Positions 1-6,584 of a stretch of 13,194 nucleotides of DNA are shown in pieces. The notes beneath the pieces are model-generated. The model ran no database searches. It was not told the origin of the DNA and saw only the letters and a program-made list of their open reading frames with translations. The number at the start of each line of letters is the position of its first letter. Position 1 is the first letter of the stretch. A program made the position numbers and the translations under genes. Source of the stretch: a virus; UHGV virus genome UHGV-1629023. One strand, written 5' to 3'.

Positions 1-38
1 CGATACTTGCTGTAACCGCTGAGACAAAACTGAGACAA

Positions 39-70
39 ACAAAGCTTTGTAATGGATTACAAGGCTTTGT
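39..70 (-). terminator. Imperfect 15-bp inverted repeat immediately 3' of int, candidate int terminator or protein-binding site
   Basis: aaagctttgtaat gg attacaaggcttt (41-53 / 56-68, one mismatch), extendable to 39-70; on the minus strand it is followed by a T-rich run. Lies just downstream of the int stop at 93. Confidence 0.3.
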
Positions 71-92
71 GTCATTCGATATCTAAGGTGGA

Positions 93-1250
93 TCACTCCA
101 CTTTTTCATCAATCCAGTCCGCCCACCACTGCATCATTTCTCTGCGTTTATCGAGATACTGAGCATGGTTGTAAATCCCGCGCACAGATCCGCCGTTGGC
201 ATGTGCCAGTTGCACTTCAATAGCATCAGCAGGCCATTCGTGCTCGTTCATAATCGTGCTGAATTCATGCCTGAATCCGTGACCGCTTTCCAGACCCTCA
301 TAGCCGATTTGTTTGATCACAAGTAGCACCGCGTTCTCGCAGATTGGCTTCTTCTTATCGTTGCGCCCGGCAAAAACAAACTCTGATACTGGTTTGGTGA
401 TTGAGCTTAGCGTAGTGAGAAGTTCAACTACCTGGTCTGACATCGGTACTACATGAATCTTGCGGCCCTTCATCACATTGGCGTCGATGGTGATAATCCT
501 GTTTTCAAAATCGACGTTCTTCCATTGCATGGAACGAAGCTCTTTCGTTCTTAGGGCTGTATAGCGTAAAACCTTGGTGGCAATGAGCGATACGATACTT
601 CCTGAAAATGTTGCCAGTGCTTTATTGAATGCCGGGATCTGGTCTGCAGGAAGAAACGGGAAGTTCTTCTTGCGGTATCCCTTCATGGCGTCAGCAAGGT
701 CAGGTGCTGGGTTATATTTAGCCCTTCCGGTGACAATAGCGTAACGGAAAACCTCGCCGCATCTTCTGCGGGCTTTGTTGGCTCGCTCCATTGCACCGCG
801 ATCTTCAAATCTGCGGATTACTTCCAGCAGTTGCATCGGCTCAATATCCTGAATCTCAAGGCCGCCGATGATGGGTAAAATGTCGTCATCAAACATTTTG
901 GCAAGTTCAGTCGCATACCCTACTGACCATACTTGCTTCTTGTGCTCGTACCATTCCTTGTAAATGGCGCTAAAGGAATTGTTATTAGACGAAGCCTTTT
1001 TCGCTTTTACCGGATCGATGCCAACCGAGATGTCTTTCCTCGCGGTCCATGCTTTATCCCTTGCCTCCTGCAAAGTCATAAGCGGATATTTTCCGACGGT
1101 CAGTATTTTTTCCTTACCGTCAATCTTGTAGCGAAGCTGCCATACCTTTTTCCCGGATACAGGAACATAAAGGTACAGGCCATTACCATCGAGAAGGCGG
1201 TATGGTTTTTCTTTCGGCTTTGCTGCTTCAATCTGCTTAACGGTGAGCAT
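93..1250 (-). CDS. int: Tyrosine site-specific integrase, P4-type (IntS-like)
   Basis: The track ORF 93..1286 opens on a GTG; the first in-frame ATG at 1250 gives a 385-aa protein starting MLTVKQIEAAKPKEKPYRL, the typical N-terminus of P4-family enterobacterial integrases. C-terminus carries HGFRHEF ... RGIYNHAQY (catalytic His/Arg/Tyr region). Terminal position with xis immediately upstream. Confidence 0.9.
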   Translation of the reverse strand: MLTVKQIEAAKPKEKPYRLLDGNGLYLYVPVSGKKVWQLRYKIDGKEKILTVGKYPLMTLQEARDKAWTARKDISVGIDPVKAKKASSNNNSFSAIYKEWYEHKKQVWSVGYATELAKMFDDDILPIIGGLEIQDIEPMQLLEVIRRFEDRGAMERANKARRRCGEVFRYAIVTGRAKYNPAPDLADAMKGYRKKNFPFLPADQIPAFNKALATFSGSIVSLIATKVLRYTALRTKELRSMQWKNVDFENRIITIDANVMKGRKIHVVPMSDQVVELLTTLSSITKPVSEFVFAGRNDKKKPICENAVLLVIKQIGYEGLESGHGFRHEFSTIMNEHEWPADAIEVQLAHANGGSVRGIYNHAQYLDKRREMMQWWADWIDEKVE

Positions 1251-1499
1251 GGGTAAAAATCCGGTGGGTAAAATTATTTTATCCACTTTTTACCCGTCAT
1301 GGTGTGCGGCTGTCAACGATCTGACGCGAACCATTACGAACTGTGAATCTATGGAAGGCTTGATATGCAGGGGATTTTGCGGACTAGTACGGATGGGAGC
1401 GAACTGATAAATGGTGTCCCCTGCAGACATCTACTTGAAGCGGCAGGGGATTGATTGGAATGGTGTTTTTTAGGTGTGAGAAATATTTTACCCGCTATT

Positions 1500-1700
1500 T
1501 TACCCATTGGCGCGGCTTAAGAGCTTATTTTTGAATTCACAATGGTCACGATATAACCATCTTGCTCGCCCGTGGATAACTTTGGCTTTTGGCAGGTCGC
1601 CGGACTTAATCCGGTCATAGATGAAGGTTTTACCGAAGCCAGTATCGGCCATGATGAATTTCAAATCAACCAGTGAATCAGGCTGTAATTCGTGTTGCAT
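1500..1700 (-). CDS. xis: Excisionase / AlpA-like small HTH DNA-binding protein
   Basis: 66-aa basic protein with an HTH-like segment (MADTGFGKTFIYDRIKSGDLP), directly upstream of int on the same strand. SD GGAGA 8 nt before the ATG at 1700. Confidence 0.65.
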   Translation of the reverse strand: MQHELQPDSLVDLKFIMADTGFGKTFIYDRIKSGDLPKAKVIHGRARWLYRDHCEFKNKLLSRANG

Positions 1701-1745
1701 GGGTGCTATCTCCGAATAGGGAATCGAACCTGCAAATCAGGCAAT

Positions 1746-1765
1746 AAAAAACCGCATTGATGCGG
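1746..1765 (-). terminator. Intrinsic terminator candidate between ea genes and xis
   Basis: Minus-strand hairpin CCGCA-TCAA-TGCGG (1752-1765) followed by a T6 run (plus-strand A run 1746-1751), downstream of the gene ending at 1825. Confidence 0.45.
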
Positions 1766-1824
1766 CGATGGTAGGTCTGGATATCTTGAGAAATGAACAG
1801 GCCTCATCGAGTGTGAGGCTGTGG

Positions 1825-2169
1825 TTAGTCCTTGCGTAGCTCGCTGATTCTTCTGTAAGTCTCTGGTGCTTTGTTTCCGTGTATCTTCATTTCAGACTTC
1901 AACAGAGCAACGAGGGGATCCCATTCGTTGAGGATGCCTTTGAATGCCGGAACGCGCTTTGCAACCTTGTCGAATGAATCTCTGATTTCTGGAATCTGCT
2001 CGACAAGTGCAACGCATCGCCGGAAATCTGCTGCGTCATGTGGAGCGCCGAAGTGATGACCATAGATATTCTTTTTCAGACCACATGCGATTGAGGCAAG
2101 AGTTGCGCTACTGATGCCGACATCGCCAGTTGATTGCCATTTCAAAACCTTCATAGCCAAATCTGACAT
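1825..2169 (-). CDS. Hypothetical phage protein (114 aa), ea-region accessory gene
   Basis: Intact ORF with ATG at 2169 preceded by GGAGA at about 6-nt spacing; no family recognised from sequence. Bracketed by two hairpin/T-tract elements. Confidence 0.7.
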   Translation of the reverse strand: MSDLAMKVLKWQSTGDVGISSATLASIACGLKKNIYGHHFGAPHDAADFRRCVALVEQIPEIRDSFDKVAKRVPAFKGILNEWDPLVALLKSEMKIHGNKAPETYRRISELRKD

Positions 2170-2174
2170 TTCTT

Positions 2175-2205
2175 GTCTCCATAAAACAAAACTCGCCGTA
2201 GCGAG
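2175..2205 (-). terminator. Hairpin plus T-tract (terminator-like) upstream of the 114-aa gene
   Basis: Minus-strand AACTCGC-tacg-GCGAGTT (2188-2205) followed by TTTTGTTTTAT, between the gene ending at 2242 and the start at 2169. Confidence 0.4.
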
Positions 2206-2241
2206 TTCAGATAAAAGAAATCCCCGCGAGTGCGAGGATTG

Positions 2242-2526
2242 TTATTCATTGCCGATATTTACCTTTATCGCGTAAACATTTACCGGTTTATCGCCGAAGT
2301 GCGGATGTGTGATTGTCTTGATTTCATATCCGTCATACGGGACGTCAATTCTGCGGCTGGAATCGTCGCGCTTCGGATATCCCTTTGTGATAATCAGGCG
2401 GTCATACTCCCGGAACATAATTCGCTTATTCCAATAGTCATTACACAGGCGATACTCTTCCGTTTTCTCCCCGCGAATCATGGCATCGAAGTATTCACCT
2501 TTGACGGCAAGTTGCAGGTTAGCCAC
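2242..2526 (-). CDS. DUF3850 / ASCH-like domain protein (about 95 aa)
   Basis: The track ORF 2242..2664 overlaps the upstream gene; a GTG at 2526 preceded by AGGAGG (6-nt spacer) is the likely start. Product VANLQLAVKGEYFDAMIRGEKTEEYRLCNDYWNKR... resembles the small ASCH/PUA-like DUF3850 fold common in prophage early regions. Confidence 0.5.
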   Translation of the reverse strand: MANLQLAVKGEYFDAMIRGEKTEEYRLCNDYWNKRIMFREYDRLIITKGYPKRDDSSRRIDVPYDGYEIKTITHPHFGDKPVNVYAIKVNIGNE

Positions 2527-3379
2527 GGTTAACCTCCTGCTGCGGTGCTGCTGGCATTTCACGCCAGTGCGTAACTGAGTGCGGATCCGGATATTCGGTG
2601 CCATCATCCCAGCGATTGCCATTCCACATTGCAGACCACATCTCACCGTCTTCATACATGACAATTACCGGAATTAACTTATCCGGCATTCGCTCACTAC
2701 AGCTTATCCAACCATCCGGAGTTACCGGATAGTTGCCCGATAGCGCATTACGCAATCGCTCCAGCTTCACGTATTCCTGAACCCTGTTTCCGTCGCATGC
2801 CTGAAGCCATTGCGCAGCCTTTTGCGCATCAGTGTGAAAGGCACAAGTGCGACCGTCATCAAATTGCATTTCGTAGAGGTCAGCAACTTGTTCAAACTGC
2901 GTATGTTGTGACTTGTAAGTTTGGCTTACAGGTTCGGCACCATGAAGCATGGCGTCGCTCCGCTCTATGCCATCCAGCGCGATTCGCAGTGCCTGAATTG
3001 TGGTAGAGCTATCGTTTGGGGCTATTCCATATCGCTCGAATACAGCTAAATGGTTGCGCATAATCTCAGGCGTAAGCTCTTTGTAAGCATAAGCAAGAGG
3101 CTCTGATGCATTATCCGGCACAACCGACGCAGGCGCGGCAGCATAAACAGGAATAACGTCCGATTGATCTTTATTGCTTTCATCCGTCAAAGCCCAGAAT
3201 AATTTTCCGGCCGGATGTTTGAAAATATAAGCAACTGGCTCTGCTTCCAGTGATGCCAGTGCAATTCGTGCCAGTTCCCTAAGATTTTCGCTATATGGTG
3301 AAGTATTATCACGATGGATTATGTGGTTAGCTGTATCTATGAGAATTTGCTTTTGTTCTTCTCTGTTCATAGTGGTCAT
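2519..3379 (-). CDS. DUF551 domain protein (286 aa)
   Basis: C-terminus GWISCSERMPDKLIPVIVMYEDG...VTHWREMPAAPQ matches the DUF551 signature (W-S-x-x-R-L/M-P ... THW-x-x-P-x-x-P) seen in lambdoid ea genes. SD AAGGAG 6 nt before the ATG at 3379. Confidence 0.8.
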   Translation of the reverse strand: MTTMNREEQKQILIDTANHIIHRDNTSPYSENLRELARIALASLEAEPVAYIFKHPAGKLFWALTDESNKDQSDVIPVYAAAPASVVPDNASEPLAYAYKELTPEIMRNHLAVFERYGIAPNDSSTTIQALRIALDGIERSDAMLHGAEPVSQTYKSQHTQFEQVADLYEMQFDDGRTCAFHTDAQKAAQWLQACDGNRVQEYVKLERLRNALSGNYPVTPDGWISCSERMPDKLIPVIVMYEDGEMWSAMWNGNRWDDGTEYPDPHSVTHWREMPAAPQQEVNRG

Positions 3380-3380
3380 C

Positions 3381-4097
3381 TCACTCTCCTTTGATGCGAA
3401 TGCCAGCGGCGCGGATTGCAGCGATGACTTCAGAAACTTTGTATGCCATTACCGTTTGGTAATCATCGTGAAAATCTGTTCGATGAAGCATGCTGCTACG
3501 TTCTGGGAGCGATATTTCCCGCGCTTCCAGTTCAGCAATCCGCTTCTCTGCGGCTTCCAGCTTCTCGCGCATATCGTCAACGTACTCGACCAGAGATCCG
3601 CCAGCAGGAATTTCGCACTCCTCGACCAGTTGGAAGTAGATATCAGCTGCGGCCCGTGTGTTGCTATGCCTAGCGTCGCCCATCTCACCTTCACGAAGAG
3701 CATCGCGTTCGGCGGTAAGATTGGCTATTTTGCTGTCTTTGCCTTCCAGCTCAACACGCAGCTTCCCTACCGTAAGCGCAATTTCCTCGTTCTCCTGGTC
3801 GCGGCGTTTTATGTATTGCTGGTTTCTTTCCCGTTCATCCAGTAGTGCCAGCACGGTAGCCGGATTGGCTGCGGCGATGAATTCAGCATTGGCCTGCTGT
3901 TCTATTTGGAAATCTTCATCGAAACCGCTTTCAGGATGCGCTCCTTCAATTCTGCAAATGGGAAGATATCCAACAACTTCACGATGAATTAGCGCATCAC
4001 CAGCATCAAATCTCTCCTCTCCATATTCGAGCGACCACACGCCACACGTTGCTTTTTCTGCCGCCTCACGCAGTGCCTGATAGTCAATCTTGTTCAC
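3381..4097 (-). CDS. Ead/Ea22-like protein
   Basis: Contains ...AEFIAAANPATVLALLDERE... and a coiled-coil C-terminal half typical of the Ead/Ea22 family. Likely start is the GTG at 4097 (GGAGG 6 nt upstream), forming a GTGA overlap with the stop of the upstream gene; the track start at 4130 is probably an over-extension. Confidence 0.8.
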   Translation of the reverse strand: MNKIDYQALREAAEKATCGVWSLEYGEERFDAGDALIHREVVGYLPICRIEGAHPESGFDEDFQIEQQANAEFIAAANPATVLALLDERERNQQYIKRRDQENEEIALTVGKLRVELEGKDSKIANLTAERDALREGEMGDARHSNTRAAADIYFQLVEECEIPAGGSLVEYVDDMREKLEAAEKRIAELEAREISLPERSSMLHRTDFHDDYQTVMAYKVSEVIAAIRAAGIRIKGE

Positions 4098-4555
4098 TGG
4101 CTGCCTCCTTTGCGAAGCTGCTCCGCACAATGCAGCAGGGCGTCCGTCGCTTCTTTCACCGTAACGATGTCGCCATCGTCCAGCCCGGCAACCGTCGCGT
4201 CCTTAACGAACACCGAGCAAAGGTCATTAAACGCCTGCGCCCGTACTTCAGCCAAGAAAGCGTCGGTGGCTGTGGTTTCGATATCGTTAATTTCAGGAAG
4301 AATCTCTTCCCATGTAGCGATATCGCCATTCAAATGCCACCCGGCAATTCCACTGGAGTTATCCGCAACACTCCGAACGGCTTCAATAGTTTCATGCATT
4401 GCCGCATTCAACGCCGCCAGCGCCGCGCACTTGGCCTCCGCTTCAGCAAATTTACGCACCAGATATTCAGCGTTTGTTTCGTTAACCTTTAAATCTCGGG
4501 GGATGCATTTACCTTTCAGGAATCCATCCATCTCAATTAGTGACATTTGTTTCAT
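4094..4555 (-). CDS. Hypothetical phage protein (153 aa)
   Basis: Intact ORF; its stop overlaps the downstream GTG start (GTGA) and its ATG at 4555 overlaps the stop of the upstream small gene (ATGA), so it is translationally coupled. Acidic protein, no family recognised. Confidence 0.65.
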   Translation of the reverse strand: MKQMSLIEMDGFLKGKCIPRDLKVNETNAEYLVRKFAEAEAKCAALAALNAAMHETIEAVRSVADNSSGIAGWHLNGDIATWEEILPEINDIETTATDAFLAEVRAQAFNDLCSVFVKDATVAGLDDGDIVTVKEATDALLHCAEQLRKGGSQ

Positions 4556-4716
4556 TTCTTCCCACTCCGCAACATCGCATTCAGATATTTGTTGTCATTA
4601 ACAGAACCGAAACTATTTCTCTTAAGTAATTCCTCTCTCGATGGCATTGGCTTTACGCGTTGGCGAATAATCATTTCTGCCGGAAGAATGCCGGGATTGT
4701 ATGCAAGTCCTCTCAT
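4552..4716 (-). CDS. Small hypothetical protein (about 54 aa)
   Basis: ATG at 4716 preceded by GAGGAA (7-nt spacer) and 10 nt after the upstream stop; the track ORF 4552..4869 overlaps the upstream gene and is probably over-extended. Start choice is uncertain (alternative ATGs at 4734 and 4749). Confidence 0.4.
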   Translation of the reverse strand: MRGLAYNPGILPAEMIIRQRVKPMPSREELLKRNSFGSVNDNKYLNAMLRSGKK

Positions 4717-4726
4717 GGTAAATTCC

Positions 4727-5023
4727 TCAGTCATTACTGATAGCGCCATAGCGTGAGCGGTAATTACGCAGACGCGGGTCGATATATTCAGGGAAGTTGG
4801 TATATGTGGCTTTGCGGAATGGTCGGATTGATGTCTGGTAAATTCGCTCGCGTTCTTGTTTCTCTGCAAGCCATATACAATGACGAAATTCCTTTTCCTC
4901 TTTCGTTTCCTGCGGTAGCGACATTATCAGGTCGTAGTTTTTTCTGAATTTATCCAGCACCTCCAATACGGAATTGCCGGAACAGCGGCGCGCGTCGTCC
5001 GCACCATACAGAGGCGCTGGCAT
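4727..5023 (-). CDS. Hypothetical phage protein (98 aa)
   Basis: ATG at 5023 with AAGGA SD (7-nt spacer); lies between the SSB-like gene and the downstream ea genes on the same strand. Confidence 0.65.
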   Translation of the reverse strand: MPAPLYGADDARRCSGNSVLEVLDKFRKNYDLIMSLPQETKEEKEFRHCIWLAEKQERERIYQTSIRPFRKATYTNFPEYIDPRLRNYRSRYGAISND

Positions 5024-5046
5024 AATGGAATCCTTATGTTGCTACT

Positions 5047-5430
5047 TTAGAAGGGAATTGAATCGTCGTATTCAGGATGATTTTGATGATTGCTACTTTG
5101 CTGCTGTTGGCTGTTTCCTGAAGTTGCAAATCCAATCTTTGCATTCAGTAATTCAAGAGTGATTGATTGACCATTTTGCCCCTGATAAACATCAACCCTG
5201 ATGTTTTCTCCGGTAATTTCTACAATGCCACCTTCAACAAGAACACTACGGTAGTAATCCGCTTGCGCTCCCGGCTTGGCAAATACAACGGCGCTGTAGT
5301 TTGTCCATTCTTTCTTTTTTGTCTGGCGATCGTAATACTGAACGCCAGCACGGATGTTGAATCCGATATTTTCCCCGGCCTGAAACTCTCTTGCTGGCTT
5401 GTTTAGTCTTACAGTAATCGAATGTGCCAT
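5047..5430 (-). CDS. ssb: Phage single-stranded DNA-binding protein-like (SSB-like)
   Basis: 127 aa ending ...SSNHQNHPEYDDSIPF: a Gln/Ser-rich linker and acidic DDxIPF tail characteristic of bacterial and phage SSB C-termini. Immediately downstream of erf with a TAATG stop/start overlap. Confidence 0.6.
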   Translation of the reverse strand: MAHSITVRLNKPAREFQAGENIGFNIRAGVQYYDRQTKKKEWTNYSAVVFAKPGAQADYYRSVLVEGGIVEITGENIRVDVYQGQNGQSITLELLNAKIGFATSGNSQQQQSSNHQNHPEYDDSIPF

Positions 5431-6035
5431 TAAGCAGCCGCTCCTTCTAATTCATCTCGTCTGATGTTGTAAACGTCCTGCGCTTTGTGCTGCTCCGGTG
5501 TGCCTTCGAGCATCTTCCACGCTTTGGCGAACGCCTGTTTAAGCTCTTCTACGGTGTTTTTCTGCATTGCTGCGTCAGTGAATGCCTTTAAAACCTGTTC
5601 AGGTGTAGGTGATGGCTTTGATTGCTTTGCTGCTGCGTTCTGCTGATGTTTATGCTCGTCTGTATCTGCATCTTTCGCATCATCTATGCCGAACAAACCA
5701 TTGAGGCAATACTTGCGTGCATAAGAGCTTGTAGCTCCAGTAACTTGTGCAGAATCCATTCCTTTCTTGCTTTCTTCCTCTCGTGCAAGGGCGGTTGCCG
5801 TATGACTGTTTTCGCCATCGGTAATAGTTGCCGTGGCTTTCACGTAATACCGATCACCAATCAACACAACTTCATCGCTGATTGATAAAAACAGGCCATT
5901 CAGTAGCGGCTTAACGCCTTCAAGAATGTCTTCGCAGCTTCTGTATTTATATTTACCGAATGAGTTGTACTGATTCTTTGGCGCGTTCAGATTCTCCTGA
6001 ATAGCTGCCAGTCTTGCGTAAAATTCTTTGCTCAT
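5430..6035 (-). CDS. erf: Erf family single-strand annealing recombinase (P22 Erf-like)
   Basis: From the ATG at 6035 the product begins MSKEFYARLAAIQENLNAPKNQYNSFGKYKYRSCEDILEGVKPLL..., which I recognise as the phage P22 Erf N-terminus (recalled, not searched). The track start at 6065 is a TTG over-extension. Confidence 0.85.
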   Translation of the reverse strand: MSKEFYARLAAIQENLNAPKNQYNSFGKYKYRSCEDILEGVKPLLNGLFLSISDEVVLIGDRYYVKATATITDGENSHTATALAREEESKKGMDSAQVTGATSSYARKYCLNGLFGIDDAKDADTDEHKHQQNAAAKQSKPSPTPEQVLKAFTDAAMQKNTVEELKQAFAKAWKMLEGTPEQHKAQDVYNIRRDELEGAAA

Positions 6036-6045
6036 ATGATTGTTC

Positions 6046-6216
6046 TCAGAATGGACATGGCCCAAGGAAATAACGCTGATTTAATACTTCGACTCGGGAC
6101 AAATTAAGGCATACCCGCATTCCTTCGCGGTCGCCATTATGGCGATACCAGAGAGCTTTCTGCGTGTACATGCGTCTCTGTAACTTGCTCTCCTTCACTG
6201 TGGTTGCAAGTGACAT
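6046..6216 (-). CDS. Small ORF immediately upstream of erf (56 aa, arf-position), tentative
   Basis: ATG at 6216 preceded by AAGGAG (7-nt spacer); stop 10 nt before the erf ATG. Product MSLATTVKESKLQRRMYTQKALWYRHNGDREGMRVCLNLSRVEVLNQRYFLGPCPF. Conflicts with an alternative 52-aa ORF 6137..6295 in another frame. Confidence 0.3.
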   Translation of the reverse strand: MSLATTVKESKLQRRMYTQKALWYRHNGDREGMRVCLNLSRVEVLNQRYFLGPCPF

Positions 6217-6291
6217 GAATATCTCCTTCGTTACCGATTAAATCTTTCATCTGACGAATGAATTCTTCGTCTGAACAGTTATCTGTAAAAC

Positions 6292-6444
6292 TCATTTCCT
6301 GCGATACCACGGAAGGTTGATAGCTGATTTCATCGCTTTATTTGCTTCAATCCACATTTTTGAATCACCAATAAATCTGGCTATTACTGCTTTGTTCTGT
6401 GCAGCACGAAGCATCTGGTGATTGATGGCTATTTCATTGCGCAT
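6292..6444 (-). CDS. kil: Kil-like small protein (50 aa), tentative
   Basis: ATG at 6444 preceded by GAGGT (6-nt spacer), overlapping the 3' end of the cIII-like gene. Product MRNEIAINHQMLRAAQNKAVIARFIGDSKMWIEANKAMKSAINLPWYRRK. Assignment rests on position (between cIII and erf) and size. Confidence 0.4.
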   Translation of the reverse strand: MRNEIAINHQMLRAAQNKAVIARFIGDSKMWIEANKAMKSAINLPWYRRK

Positions 6445-6560
6445 AATAAGACCTCAACTCTTTTCCATCCGTCACGTAATTTACGGGTGATTCGTTCAAG
6501 TAAAGATTCATTTAGTTGGAAGGCACCCATGCGAGCGCCTCCCGCGATTGCGTAAATCAT
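6429..6560 (-). CDS. cIII: CIII-like protein (FtsH inhibitor, CII stabiliser)
   Basis: 43-aa product MIYAIAGGARMGAFQLNESLLERITRKLRDGWKRVEVLLCAMK contains the ESLLERITRKLRDGWKR amphipathic core that I recall from lambda CIII. SD AAGGA about 7 nt upstream of the ATG at 6560. Confidence 0.75.
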   Translation of the reverse strand: MIYAIAGGARMGAFQLNESLLERITRKLRDGWKRVEVLLCAMK

Positions 6561-6584
6561 GGGTGGTTCCTTATGTTGGTTTTA

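Noticed and set aside
933-1256. Plus-strand 107-aa ORF inside int
   Set aside because: Entirely antisense within the well-supported integrase gene.
1720-1730. ggaatcgaacc, complement of the tRNA T-loop consensus GGTTCGATTCC
   Set aside because: Flanking bases do not form a T-stem or acceptor stem (only 2 of 5 stem pairs), so this is not a tRNA gene or a clear tRNA 3' fragment; most likely chance.
2230-2532. Plus-strand 100-aa ORF opposite the DUF3850-like gene
   Set aside because: Antisense to a minus-strand gene that has a strong AGGAGG-GTG start; no SD of its own.
3321-4601. Plus-strand ORFs 3321..3845, 3443..3673, 3658..3987, 4049..4492, 4110..4601 (up to 174 aa)
   Set aside because: All lie antisense to the SD-supported, translationally coupled minus-strand genes (Ea22-like and neighbours); products are low-complexity Ser/Ala/Leu/Cys-rich with no start signals. 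Treated as shadow ORFs.
6137-6295. Alternative 52-aa minus-strand ORF (MSFTDNCSDEEF...)
   Set aside because: Not rejected outright, but not listed as a feature: it conflicts in frame with the better-SD ORF 6046..6216 and cannot be resolved without comparative data (see findings).
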